DNA of 64,000 bases. Source: Raillietiella orientalis. Its lineage: Eukaryota. Below are positions 26,764-40,120 of this stretch, in pieces. The translations under genes were made by a program, and so were the position numbers. Position 1 is the first letter of the stretch, and each line of letters opens with the position of its first letter. The notes under the pieces were generated by a model. The model searched no databases. It was not told the origin of the DNA and saw only the letters and a list, made by a program, of their open reading frames with translations. The stretch lies in NCBI GenBank assembly GCA_036172245.1, contig JAYWIR010000007.1:1116001-1180000 (forward strand), given 5' to 3'.

Positions 26764-28707
26764 TCAACGGCACGGCGCTTCACGACCCAAATGATGATTG
26801 CCTTGAATTCCACTTATTCGCATGAATGAATTGTTAAATTTCAATCTTCGTAAAAGAATTTGCAAGTTAAAGAACACATTATCCAAGTAAAGAAAGATAG
26901 ACTCAATGTAGAAAATACTGCCGCAGACTAATTCGATTACTAATTTTATTATTTTGACTTGCAAAGCCAAACTTGTAATCGACAGCTTCGATCAAAAACC
27001 CAAACACAATATTTCAGTGATCTTTTATCTGTTATTTGTAGAAATAATATTATATTGTCATGTCGGAACTATGGGTTTGAATTTCGTTTCCAGTGTTTCG
27101 TAGCGGCCTTGCAAAATAACCACGGTTTCCTCTTAACTCATTCAATTCACGGCAACCCAACGAATACTGAGTGACTATCAAACTCGTTATTGAGAATCAA
27201 TGAAGTTATGATGCCCATTTTCGAAGGAGCAAATGTAATACCAAAGTGGCAACATGCAAACTTGATTCTCCCACATTCAGCAACGTAGATACTGAAACCT
27301 GAGTAGAATTAGTTTCACAAGATGGAATCTGAATAAGTTTGACATGATTTGTTGAAACCCCAATGTCAGAGGTATTATAGCATTTTAATTAAGAAAGAAT
27401 GATAGCACATGTAGGGCTCTATTCTTGTTAACAGGGACACCTTACTCCAAGGATAAGGATTTGTTTGTTAATAGGTAATGCATATTTATTAAATCTATCC
27501 CAGAGGAATACTCACTTTGATCACATATCGACTGACATTTTTGTGAATGCTGATCCCTCAAACGAATGTTTCCAATTAGCAAATGTAAATGTTTGGCAAA
27601 CTTTCTATGAATCAGTAATTATTTTCCAGAATTTAGGATTTGTTTGAGTTAAAATTGAGAAATCATAATGATTTTTCCACCCATGCATATGGGGATGTAA
27701 CAAGCACAATCAAGTCAGATCCTTTACCAAGGTACAGATATTTACGAAACCTGTGATTGAATAATTGATATGATTAGTGTAACACTGTTAAATTCTGTTC
27801 GGTGATAACAATCACGATAATTTGGAGGATTCTATAGAACTGATGAAAACGAAAATGTAGAAAATTCTCACCTAGGAATACGAAATTAATGCGAACCGGA
27901 ATGTATGTGTACTTCCTACAATGAGTTGATGTGAATTTATCAAAACAGTAAGTATGCGTGCGATGAAGATAATGAAACGAATTTCTTTGAAATACAATGA
28001 TGATGACTGTTTCGACATATCGGTTTTGAAGAAATCCGAATGGCGTTCTTCGCCTCTTTCTGCCGTCTCATCGTAAAAAAGTTTCCAGATTGCAACCGTT
28101 TGAAACAGTGTTCCGGTTTCTCCACTTTTGCTTTCAGAATGTTTGAGATAAAGTTAGAAAATATAATAATTTGAGATGCTCAAGAGGGTCCATTGCTGTT
28201 TACTACACATGCCGAAGACGTGTTTCGAACACCCAATGTTTTGAAAACTACCTACACACTGGATTCCATAAGCAAAATTTGTATTCTAAAGGAATCTTTG
28301 AAAGTACAAATTTGAATAAAAATCTGCGTTTTTTTTTGAGAACACTTGTTAGAAATGTTTTCCAATAATGAAATTCTGCAGATTTTCCAAATTCAAACAA
28401 CTTATTGAAAGTGTTTGAAAAATAACTGTTCCTAGGAAGATGGAATCAAGTCCAGGACACATACTGTTCTGCAGTATGTCTTCAATGCAGTTTTCAGCAT
28501 TGTCACCCAGGTCGAAATAATTCTGATACATACTTAAAGCATACTTCAAGAGAGGTTTCAGTTCATATGCAGAAGTCAATTCCAGGAAAGGAATGTCTTT
28601 TGAACTTTCACTTTAAATCCACTCTAGATAACAGTTACTTGACCCCTGGAATTGAATGTTATGTCCATGTCAATGTCTTGAGATTCGATTCGTGATACAG
28701 CTTCCAT
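26764..28707 (-). other. Unresolved multi-exon gene or pseudogene candidate between SON and HHAT
   Basis: tgtttaag|C-ATG at 28707 (MEAVSRIESQDIDMDITFNSR). Further open, protein-like segments with splice-like ends, e.g. ELTSAYELKPLLKYALSMYQNYFDLGDNAENCIEDILQN (~28470-28590), FHYWKTFLTSVLKKKRRFLFKFVLSKIPLEYKFCLWNP (~28255-28375), TLFQTVAIWKLFYDETAERGEERHSDFF (~28030-28110), and an exon-like block at ~27515-27605 ending in GTGAGT. No complete frame could be assembled and no family recognised. Confidence 0.3.
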
Positions 28708-29554
28708 GCTTAAACATACGAGTGAAGGTCATACCGAGATATTAAAAAACACTTCGGTGATTACTTTCACATCAATGTAATATATGGATATTTTTTTTTG
28801 GAACATGTTAATAATAAAATTTAAAAGCAACAAATCCATATTACTGTGAAAAGGATTTTATTTTTCATTACACACACAAAAAATGCCAACTCCAGTATAA
28901 AAAAGCATTTATACGAGGATTTTTGTGAAGATATGAATACATATGGATAATAAATTTTTCACTTGATATTTTCACGATGAGCCTGCATACTTTTTGACAA
29001 ACTGGGAGAGGGGCTTTGGGAAAAAATAACAATTTTTCTAACGACGATTTTCACGTAGTAATTTTTGGGATAACTAATTTTCCGATGATTCACTTATATG
29101 CAAGACTGACAACAATGAACCCAGATGCAATATGAATTAAATAAGCTTTACTGGTGTTAAGCAAATGACCAGGTGAAAAACAGAAAAACAACACACATGT
29201 AAGGGAATCATTGCTCCATTTCGTACAATCCAATAATAATTTTCCAACATTTCAATCCTTGAATTCTAAGTTTAAATCCCCAAAAGTGTAAATGTACTAG
29301 GCTTCCTTAGCAATCGCTATCTTCTCAATTAACATTTATAGTAGCATACTGATATCAGATTTAACTTTGATAGCAGTATGTCATGCTACTAATATACTAA
29401 AAAAAAAAAAAAAACTTTGTTCTTTGAATGCATACATTAGGTCATCTCAAGAAAGGCACTTGCTTCTTTTATTACTGAGATATCTATACTAATAATTTCT
29501 TAATTCTGAAATGCAACAAATAACAAAAGATTCTAAAACGATATTACAAAGTAG

Positions 29555-32500
29555 TCACTTTTTATTTACTGTCTTTGTATGCTTAAAATTAAATGCCTTT
29601 ATAGTGATTTTCTTAGTTCGATCAGATTTCCAGCGTCTCTGAAATGTGAAATTGACTTGTAGCCAATCATAAATAAATAAAAAAGTTACACAATATACAA
29701 ATTCAAACAGAAAATTGCATCTAAAAAATAGAATAAGTATAAAATATTTCACAATTCTAAATATTAAAAAATCTGTATTCAATATTTGAAATGACATAAA
29801 TATAAAAATACTCAATACACTTTCAATTAAGTGAAAAATGCACATTTCTTACGAATATGTTTACTTACAGAATTGGAATCAGAATGAGATCTGCTTCCTC
29901 TGTGATTAGATTGCTTATCATCTTTTTTTTCACAGATTGGAATCCATTCAATTTCTGAAAAAAAGTATGAAAAATACATGAACACCATACTGTTGCAACA
30001 TGAAAAACCTTTAATTCGTTTCTTTTCACTGTCCTTTGTGGATACGGACTGACCATCTTTTGTACTGTCTGTTTTCTTTTCTGCAGACATTGCAGCTGGA
30101 AACTGTGTTGGATTCTAAAGTGCATAACAATGAAGTGATAATATTTTTTTAAGCTTTGAAATGAATGCATATGTATAGATAGCACACTTTAGTTGAGATA
30201 TATTTGTCATACATCCTGGCAAACCTGCACTGGTCTCCTGCTTTTTACTCAGCCACATCTATGAGCAGATGGAAACTGGGTCACACTGGCTGGTAGGGCT
30301 GCTGAAGGGCCAATTAGGTCTGAAACAGCAGCTCATCCAGCATTCTACTACCAGCTCCAGCCTTTTGTACAACTGCTTGTATAACAAATACCAAATACCA
30401 AAAACCAATATACTTGTCGATTACCAGTATAATGGGTACCAAACAAGACATACGTACTACTAATATTTATGTAAATGAGTAAAAATGGCTACCTTTATAA
30501 GGATAATCTCTGGTGACTGTTCTTTTTCTTCAATTATTTCACATGAAGACTGATTCTCTTCACTTACACCCTGAGGATTATCTGAATGACTGGATGCAGA
30601 AGATTCATTTTCTGCCAAGCGCTTGCAAAATTCTAATTGATATAAAATAATAAAAGCTCATATTGCAATAAAATCGAATACAGAAATAACTATGAATCGT
30701 CTTCACCTGTGAGTTCCTGGATGCTGTTGCCTCCAATTTTCCCCGCAAATAACTTTCCCTTTTGTTGACTGTTGGGGAGTCTACCATATTGCATAATATA
30801 AATAGCATTTTTCTTCGCAATTTCTAATAGTTTCGCTTTATCAATCCGTTCATCATCACTTTCACCACTTTTTCTCTTTTTATTTTGAGGAGATCTGAAA
30901 TCATCTAAGCAAGCGTTTGCATATTTATAAAGCTCACCTATATCTGTATTGATCCCTGGAAAAACGCCTTGCAGTATATCTAGGAGATCTGGATGCAGAT
31001 CTTTCTCTTTTTCGTGATCGAGAGCGATGAGATCGTGACCTGGAATCTTTGGATCTTGATGCCCTAGAGTAATGTTTACGATCCTTAGTTTTTGATCTGC
31101 TTCTTCTCGTTTTGGATCTGGCTGATGAATGATGGGTAGAATGACTTGGTAATTTTATAGGAGATCTGGATCTTGAGCGTCTCCTCCTTGTCAACTTCAT
31201 TTCATGAGATGCGGATTTTGATCTATTTCTTCTTGTGGCACTTTCGACCTTAGTTGAGGATGAACTTTGATTTGATTTTTTTGTTTTAGTTTTAGAATTA
31301 CGTTCTTTTTCTTTTGATTTATTTCCATTAGAAGAATGAGTTTTTCTTGATGCTGATTTGGAACGAGACCTAGTGTTTTTCTTTGTTTTTGATTCACTTT
31401 CTGCAGGCAAAGTTTGCATGCAAGGACGTATTTTATTTTTCTCAGCTGAAGCAGTCTGATTTTTCTGCTCATCACTTGTCAACCTATCTGACTGGTTACT
31501 AGGTTTCTGCACATCCGATGGACAAGATTGCTCTGAACACGGTGTTTCTTTTAAATCAGATGCTTCCGATTCTATGAAATTGCTCTCCACTTTCAATGAG
31601 ATGGATGAATTAGAACAATTTGGTGAAGGATCAGCTACATCCTTTTCAAGGTTACTTTGAACATCTGAACACTGTTTTAAACAATTTTGTTCAACACACA
31701 TTTCAACTCCTGAAATCGCAAAAACATCATTTCAATACAAATGCAATCCAAGTAGTCTTCCTTGACTCAACTGCTTTAACCCCTTTAATGATTCAATATT
31801 ATTCATAAATACTTTGATCCCTACCTGAACTATTCTCACTGGAAATATCTTCTTGATGTTTCATAACAGCTACTTTGGGTTCTTCAATTGAAGCTACAGA
31901 ATCAGCACTAGCAGTTACAACGCTCTTTGGATTTTCAGTCTGTATGTTGGAAACATTACTAAAACCTTTGCTTTCTTGTACTTCCAAATGTAATTCACTA
32001 CTGCTGCTCAGTATTTCACTTTGCACTTCAAGGACAGAGTCTGTTTTTTGTATAGCTTCTAATAAAATAACAGGTTCAGGTTTGCCCTCTTCCATTATCA
32101 CACATATATCTGATTTCTTTTTTGCAACAGTCAGCTCACAAGCATTTTTCTCAAATCCTTTACAATTCTTGCATTTACAGTTTTTTTCACAAATGTTTTG
32201 TTGGTTCACATTTAAAACTGTGGTGTGAGAATTATCTTTAGAACAACAAACACCTGCTGTGCTTGAAGAACAGTTACACAGAGTTTCAGGAATTACATTT
32301 GTCTCATTAAGTTCTGCATTACAATGTTCACATAATACTGACTGTGGTGGTATATTGATGCAATCAACCACTGTTGTGAATTTATTAAGTAAGTGTATTG
32401 CTAAATTTGCCCTGGAATGTGATACTTCACCAGAAAATGTTCTGTTTGTGTCTTTGGATGGCAAAGATTTTGAATCCGTTTTTGCGTTTGATTTAACTGC

Positions 32501-35500
32501 CTCGGGTTGATTTAAATTTGCCGCTGCATCTATATTTTGCATTTTCTTCACTGGTATAACTGATTCATTATCATCTTTTTTTGACATATCTACAATATAT
32601 TCTGCAACCTTAGAATCGGCGTCCCTTGAATTCATGGGTACGACACTTCGTAAATGCGAGTCGCTATTTTCAGTTTTTGAAACTAAATTCGATTCTGTAA
32701 CATATGATGTTTGAATAGAAAAATCCACTTTGTCTTCATCATTAACATTTGAGCTCACACAAATATGCTGCAACGATTTCTCGAGAGTTTTTTCCGAATT
32801 GAGTACTGAGCTCTCGGATTTTTTTGGCGATTTGTAGGAACAAGCATTGCCATCACTAGGAACTTCCTTCTTAAATGACTCGGTAGGCCTGTGTGTTTCT
32901 GATTCATTCAGTTTACGGTGTTTAACATTTACATCTGGATCCTCCTCTATTGACACTTTAGTACTTTGCTTTTTTCTTTTTATATTTTTTTCACAAATTT
33001 GTTGAGATTCGTGTTGCTCTCCAGCGGTTTCATCATTTCTATCCAAACATTCCTCACCGAGCGATGAATCTTTGTCAACTTCGGAAGTAATTGTAGCTTC
33101 TTGGGGCTCTTTCGAAGGACATTTTCTGCTTTGTTCACTTTTTCCTTTATTTTTCAAAGATTCAAGCAAATGCATTCTTAACATTTCCTCTGTTTCTTCA
33201 GTATTTAAATCTGTTTTACCGTCAGTAACCTGTGACGATTCAGGAATTTTCGAAGAAACTGCATCCAAAGCTGTGTTAGTACAATGTTCATGCTTTTTAG
33301 GATTTTTCCTAGCTGATGTAGAAACATTAATAGTTTTTGTATTTGAAATGCTTTCCTCAGTCTTATTGGAAGAAGAACTAGTTTTTTCACTTGGTCCATC
33401 TGAATCTAAAGTGATGACTGTTACATTAGCTTCATTCGTTTTTTTTTCATCAAAAACTTTGTGCACCTTTTTTCCAGTTGATTTTTTATGATTTTCTTTT
33501 TCTACTTTCGAGAAAGAATTCTTTTTATCTTCTGTAAACGAAGATACTTTCTTCTGTTTGTGATTCTCAGAAGATCTGCTATGTGACTGGGAAGTGTCTG
33601 GTGTAGCATTCTTAAGTGATTTACTTTTGGATATTGAATTCTGACTTGAATGTAAATCTGATCTATTCCTTGCTGTTCGCGTAGTATGCTCTCGTCCTGA
33701 TCCACCATGTTTTTTGGTTTTGTGGTTTTCATTTTTCTCTCTAGATTTTGACTTTGTGTCTTTCTTTTCTGATCTGGAACTTGTATTCCCATGTCGATGG
33801 TAATCTTTTGTCATTTTCTTTTCCAAGCTTGACTGACGCTTTTCACGACTGCTTATTCCATGTTCTTTAAGCATCGAATCAGAACCAGAAACTTTGCTAG
33901 TTGTACGCTGTTGCGGAAGAATTGTAAGACATTCAACACTGGAGTCTGAATTCGACTTTTCTTTGGAATTCCCAGAATAGCCTATCAGGCATGAATGAGA
34001 AGTTTCCAAATGTGTTTTCGTCATATCTAGTGAATTACTTTCAGGTGGATCCGATTTTAAATCAGTAGGCAAATCGCCCTTAATTTTCGTGGCAGTGGAG
34101 GCTGAATCATTATTCTGGGAATTTGTAAATGATGATGATGGATTTGCACAAACCACTTGAGCAGAAACATCATTTAAGTCTTTTTTATTAGATGAAAACT
34201 GCACTTCTTGAATTAAGTGACAATTATTTCCATCATCAGCACATATATTTTCTTTTCTTGCAGAAGTAGCACCAGAATTAACTGTAGACTGTGAGTGACT
34301 ATTCTCTTGTTCATTTCTTTTCTTTGGAGAAGGCCTGGATCTACTCTTTTTTTTGGCTTTCCGATTTTTCAATTTATTCTTTGAAGGTAAAACAGTGTTC
34401 ACGTGCTTTTTCCTTTTATGTGATGAACTTTTTGCATGCTTTTTATGTTTTGTCTTCGAAGATCGATGAATTTCATGTTTGTCTGAATGATGCTTCTTTT
34501 TTTCTCCTGCTAGCTTTAGGCCTGGCACAAAAGTTTCTAAAGAAACGATTTTTTGATAACAATGCACTTACGTTTACTTTCTCTCTGTCCTTGTTCTGGT
34601 CCTGTATGTTCCTCGGTTTTCATGCCTTTACTAGAAGACAATGTAAACAGAAGTTTTAGAAAACTGTACATATACATAAAAACAGTTCGAATAAAAGGCA
34701 TAAAAATTCAAGATTCTGAAAAACTCATACTTCATCAGGATCTTTGATATAGCATGATTATCATGAAACTCTTCCAATAACGGAGAAAGATTCTGATAAT
34801 GTGATTCTGATATCACTTTTAACTTTACAACTTTTATTCATGGCTGTATCAAACTGCAATATGACAATGTTGCATAAGATTTTAATCTTTTTATACACGT
34901 TATTCAAAATTATTATTACCTTTAAATGAATAGAAGAATACTTGCATTTTGATAAATCGAATAAAAGTATTATATGGAAAAATTGCTTTAAAAGATTACA
35001 GATTGGAGTACCTAGAAATCCAGAATTTACCCAACAGCTCAAATACTTACATCCGTTTTACAATGAAACTTTTTATTTTGGGTGGAGTGGAGTGGGGAAC
35101 TGGAGTCATACAGATTCGCATAATTCTAGATGTCTTATGTTCTTAGTGTACTAGCTAAAATGTAAATAAGTTTCCCTCTCTAAGAACTCATTTTTCAAAT
35201 GCCTAGTTTCCCAGGACTTTCGTGAACAGCAAAATGTGATTAATATACATTACTCTAATTCATAAGGGTATGAGTTTGGGTATCGTTTCAACAGATGTGT
35301 ATGCCACATGCTAGATTTGTAATGTTATGGCTGGATGCTAAACAACAAGTTCAGTATAATCATAAAATAACATAACTAATACAAACTAGCTGAGCTGGGA
35401 GTAAAAAAAAAAAGGTACCTTGAAATTTACGTCTTTCCTATAAAATAAAGTCTACAGCATATTTTACAGAATTCATTATACCATAATGAACACACATAGC

Positions 35501-38500
35501 TTCAAAGAAATACTAAAGCAACCTACATATAGCTACATATGACTTAGCTACATAGAAACATGAAAACCTGAAAAAAAAAGGATTAGACACGGAGAAATAA
35601 GTCAAAAATGCTCTGAATTCGAAACACCCTACTCACTGAAACAAAAAATTAAATGTCTAAGTCAATAATTAAAAACTACAGCAATTTAAGTATAGCAAAA
35701 TTAATTAAGTTACAAATCGAAAGAACAAAAAGCAGGAGAAAAAACGTGTCCAAACACACAAGAAAATCAAGCAAATAATCATCACAGAAAGTACATATGC
35801 GAGCTTGGGATTCATGGAATGAAACCAATATAGAACAATCAACAAATATGCAACAAAAACAGCCAGAATGCTAGCATGAAACCTATGAAAGGGAGGCATA
35901 AACAAATGAAACAAGGAATGACATGAAATAAGAAGCTTAAAAATTATTACAAAACACATAACACCTGCATTGTCAAAGAAGAAAACTACAAGACTGACAT
36001 ACTATATAAGCAGCATTTTGCAGCCTAATAAATATCACTAAAATTTATATTAGTGTCTCAGAGGCTTACTGAATGTTAAATACAATTGTATGGAATTGGA
36101 CAACAACTGAATCCCAACTAGTAATCAAGCTACAAAGGAAACATAGATCAAACATCAAATGAAATATAGATACCCAGGAACGTGATCACTTTGGAAGCAC
36201 AAGCACTAGGCATTTAAGAAAATGTGATAGAATCACTTCTCATTGAGAAAAGAGAAATCCAGACTATCAAGTAACTTACAGTAACAAAACAAATACCACA
36301 ATTGATGAGAGTTTCATTCAAATAACAGATCATTAACAAGGTCCGGGGAAAACATAATAGTAAATATTTATGCTGAAATAAATGAGAAAACCTACATCAG
36401 GTAGATGTAGGTTGTATGTATAAGATGCCCACTTACATCACGGTCAATTTAAATTTCTGATCTTTCTCTGAATGCTCACATGTTAACACATGAATTCCTT
36501 AACTTTTTAATAAATTTATCGAACTGATTGGGATCAACTCGTATTTCTCTGAAACCACAAACAGCTGCAAGAACATGAAAAACTTATACCCATCAACTGG
36601 TACACATAATATATAGGTAAGCATGCCAATAAACCATTTAATTCTTTGCAGATATATCAATAATTGAGGTGATCAAATGAAAACGGTTTTTAATCTCAAC
36701 ACAGAAGTTTGTGGTGAGCTAGCAACATTATTTCAAAATAAACCGCTGCACCTTAGGAAAAATTCCTTTCATAAAAAGGCAACTGGCATAAACAAAAGTA
36801 AATTATGATGATTGTGAACTGCAGGTAATTTGCAATGCCTAATTTGTATGAAATGTGGCTGAAAAGAGAAAATGTCTCTACTGCATTGCTCTTCCAATTT
36901 TCCATCCACTTGTAAAATCTGGGATATATGAAAGGGATGGAACTTTAAAGAAGATTATTAAAATCGGAGCTTGACACAACAAAATATAAGTTGAAGAAAT
37001 TAGCACTGCAGACCACCTATTGACGTATGTTTGTAAGATTAGATGTTCTGATGAATTTGTGGAATGCATGAATCAATTAACTTTATAGAAAACACCGATG
37101 TATTGAATAAATGAATATCAGGCCTTTTAAAAGTGTTTTAAAAATTGCAACATTCAGAATAAAGTTTATTCTCGTTGTACCAGAACAAAAAAAAAAAAAA
37201 AGGAGAGGATTTTATCAACATCAGAAAGTGAGTGAAAAATACTAGGGATCAAACATTACCTACATGCAAGTCAAATATTTTCATTGGAAAATCGAATAAA
37301 AATAACAATCCAAGAATCTACAGAATGCATATGTGGAATGAAATGCGGTGCAAGTCAGATGGCAAAAAAACTGAATAATTTTCAGTTTCAGTTCAAATGA
37401 TCACAGTCAACAAAACATCCAAATAATTAGCAATTTTCATATGTGATTGAAGCCATATATTGAAATTCTTCAGTGTAGTTTCAAACCACTAAAGCATCTA
37501 GGACACCGAGAGCATTCCATTTTTTTTTTAAACAAATTACAAATGAGAACTTGAGCCCACCAAATTTGTAACAAAATCTTTTAAAAAAAAAAAAAAACGA
37601 TTCTAAAAATACGATCAGCTGATGTAATAGAAGGAAATTAATCAAAACCTTTGGAAACAATATTACACTGCAACTTGTTGCTGGATTAAGAAAATTCAGA
37701 CTCCAATTCTTAGAGTTCAAACTTACTTTACCATTTAAAAACAATCAAAAAATACAACTTTATAATGCTATGCATCATCATGTACTACAGTTTGTGTGAA
37801 ACAAACAGAAAAGGTATAGTTATCTATTATTTATCCATGCCTAACCACCTTTCACTTAATTGCATGATAAACATCAACAGGCAGTAAATTAATCAGGAAG
37901 CAAAAATAACCTTGCTTCTCACATACTTATATTCCCATGTTTTTTAAAATATTTATTTTATATTTGTCCCGGTAAAAAATATTTTCCATTTATCACATAC
38001 TTTGATTATTATATCTGTCTGAGAACATTAAGAAATTCTCTGAAAGTTTCAATTACAACATTGTACTGTACTGTGATATCTACCAAATGAAAGTGAAGTG
38101 ACATAAATATTATAATCATTTGTTCCTAAATCATGTAAACTAAACTAACTGAGCACAAAAATGTAGGTAAATCCACACTGGATGAATTATGTTCACGTTT
38201 TCATTTTTGGTAACACTTAAGGAAATATGCAAACATGAACAGCAAAAAGAAAAAAAAAAATAAAAGTTGGCAACTTCAAAAGCAAGTAATTGTTCAAATT
38301 AACTAACCTAATGAATGCAACTCCTAATTAGATGCTTAATTCACTGAGAGTATTTTCTTTGAATGTATAGCCCTATCACAACACTAATATGCCCTTAGCA
38401 GCCTAATGTGATTTAGTGTATGCTTTTAGTTCCTAAAAAAAAGTTAAATTATAAAATCAGAAAAACACTGAACTAGAGAAATTTTTCATCCTTAGCTGAA

Positions 38501-40120
38501 AGAGTGAGCTATATTGAACTTTCGATGCTGAAAATCATGAATTGAGAATTATACCTAAAACTTGATATAAACCTTATAACTTGTTATAAACTTTTCTTTC
38601 AGAGTATAAGCATTACATGGACGCTCAATTTAGAAAAACTAAAATGTTACCTAAAATCTTCGCGTAAATCTTGGCATTTTCCTAGAAAAATCAAATCTCA
38701 AAATGATCAAACTACCTAAATAAAACAGGAATATTCATTTGATAAAACAGTCACAAATTAAGTTTTCCTCCATATTCCAGCAAGACAACTCTTCGAAATT
38801 GTAAAAACAAAAAATACTAATCCAAATCTCCAATTTTCTCGAAGTAAACTCGAAAATGAATTTCGGATTCTTTACATTAATAACTTGATACAAATGCATC
38901 AATAGCCTACAGATATAAACCTTACAGAATGTATATGAAATATCCATATAACACAAAAGATAATGGAATTATGATGCACTAAAACATAAACTATTTTAAA
39001 TTTATGAATACCTTGAAGACATATTTTTATCTGGTTTACACTCAGTCTTGATGCTCTTTTGTTTAAAAACTTTTTCTTTTTCTATGTTAGCTTGCCCCTG
39101 GGAAGATTTTTTTTCCATTTTAATGTTTTCTGAAGTAAATACAATTTCAATGAAGGAACTAAATGTTGCTTGCAAACAGAAACCAGTACATAATATTAAT
39201 TACAAAAACAAAATTACAGATTTTTATATATAAAATATTTTGAAATAGCTAAAATTAAAGTGAGACAATTTTGTGACATCAAGGAAATTTTTCTGCATAA
39301 AGAGGAATGAAAACAAATAAGCTTATTATTAAGAGATTATCAAAACATTAATTATTCTATGAAGCAAGAGTCACATGCTTAAATGGCTAAAGATAAATTC
39401 AGCATCCTCATATTATTACAGATCTTACGGAATACTTGAATGATAATGGTTTTTCTATCTTCATAAATATGTGTAATGAAATAAGTGCCTTGGATCATGA
39501 GCTTTCTGATCAATGAATCTAGATATAAAAACACACCTAAACAAATAATTAGCTACAACCACGTTGATATATATATTTTGTAACTGTTTTGCATATTCCG
39601 TTTACACAACAGAAGAAATTAGTAAGTTACTCAAGCAATGCACAAAACTTCCATTTACCATTTTACTAGGACTTTCTATAAAATCAGCATACACACTCAA
39701 TGCTATAAAACTGGCACCTCAATTCACAATGAACAAAAGTCAATAACTTAAGTAAATAGTTAAACAGAAATTGGCTAGGCATTTGCAATTCGAAAAACAA
39801 CTTTGAAACAAACTATATGAAATAAAATTGATTTCTGCAAAACCAGTCAACTTTAAAAAATTCATGTATCTGTGACATTTTGAATGGAATAAACAAATGA
39901 TATAGTAGTTAAAATTTATTTATTGGAACTAGCGGCAATTATACTTTTTCTTCTAATGGTAGAACAGAAATTCCAGCTCAGAGTAATGCAAACCTTAAAT
40001 GATAATAGTCTTAATGATTTCTTTACCTTCCAATTCTTTTGTGGATGCTGGCAAAAAACAGCTAAATAATTCTTCTAAAATTTCATCCGAAGTCTTTTTA
40101 GCAAAGTCTGTGCTGCTCAT
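29555..40120 (-). CDS. SON: SON-like RS-rich nuclear-speckle splicing cofactor, ~1447 aa, 10 coding exons, apparently without C-terminal G-patch/DSRM
   Basis: Exons: 40120-40027, 39129-39012, 34630-34572, 34521-31825, 31709-30938, 30894-30707, 30632-30493, 30114-30009, 29954-29869, 29638-29555. GT-AG and phase-consistent, 4344 nt; the 34521 acceptor is one of several in-frame options. N-terminal KKTSDEILEELFS, K/H-rich stretch, long Ser/Lys/Glu low-complexity region, RS domain (RRRRSRSRSP...), then SON-type motifs IDKAKLLEIAKKNA, GGNSIQELTEFCKRL, IILIKNP and EWIPI. Confidence 0.8.

Noticed and set aside
27195..27250. LHLLLRKW / SKMGI as a possible relic of the SON G-patch
   Set aside because: No GW..G.GLG continuation and an immediate stop; likely chance.
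31620..34747. Plus-strand and alternate-frame ORFs over SON exons
   Set aside because: Shadow ORFs of the long minus-strand coding exons.
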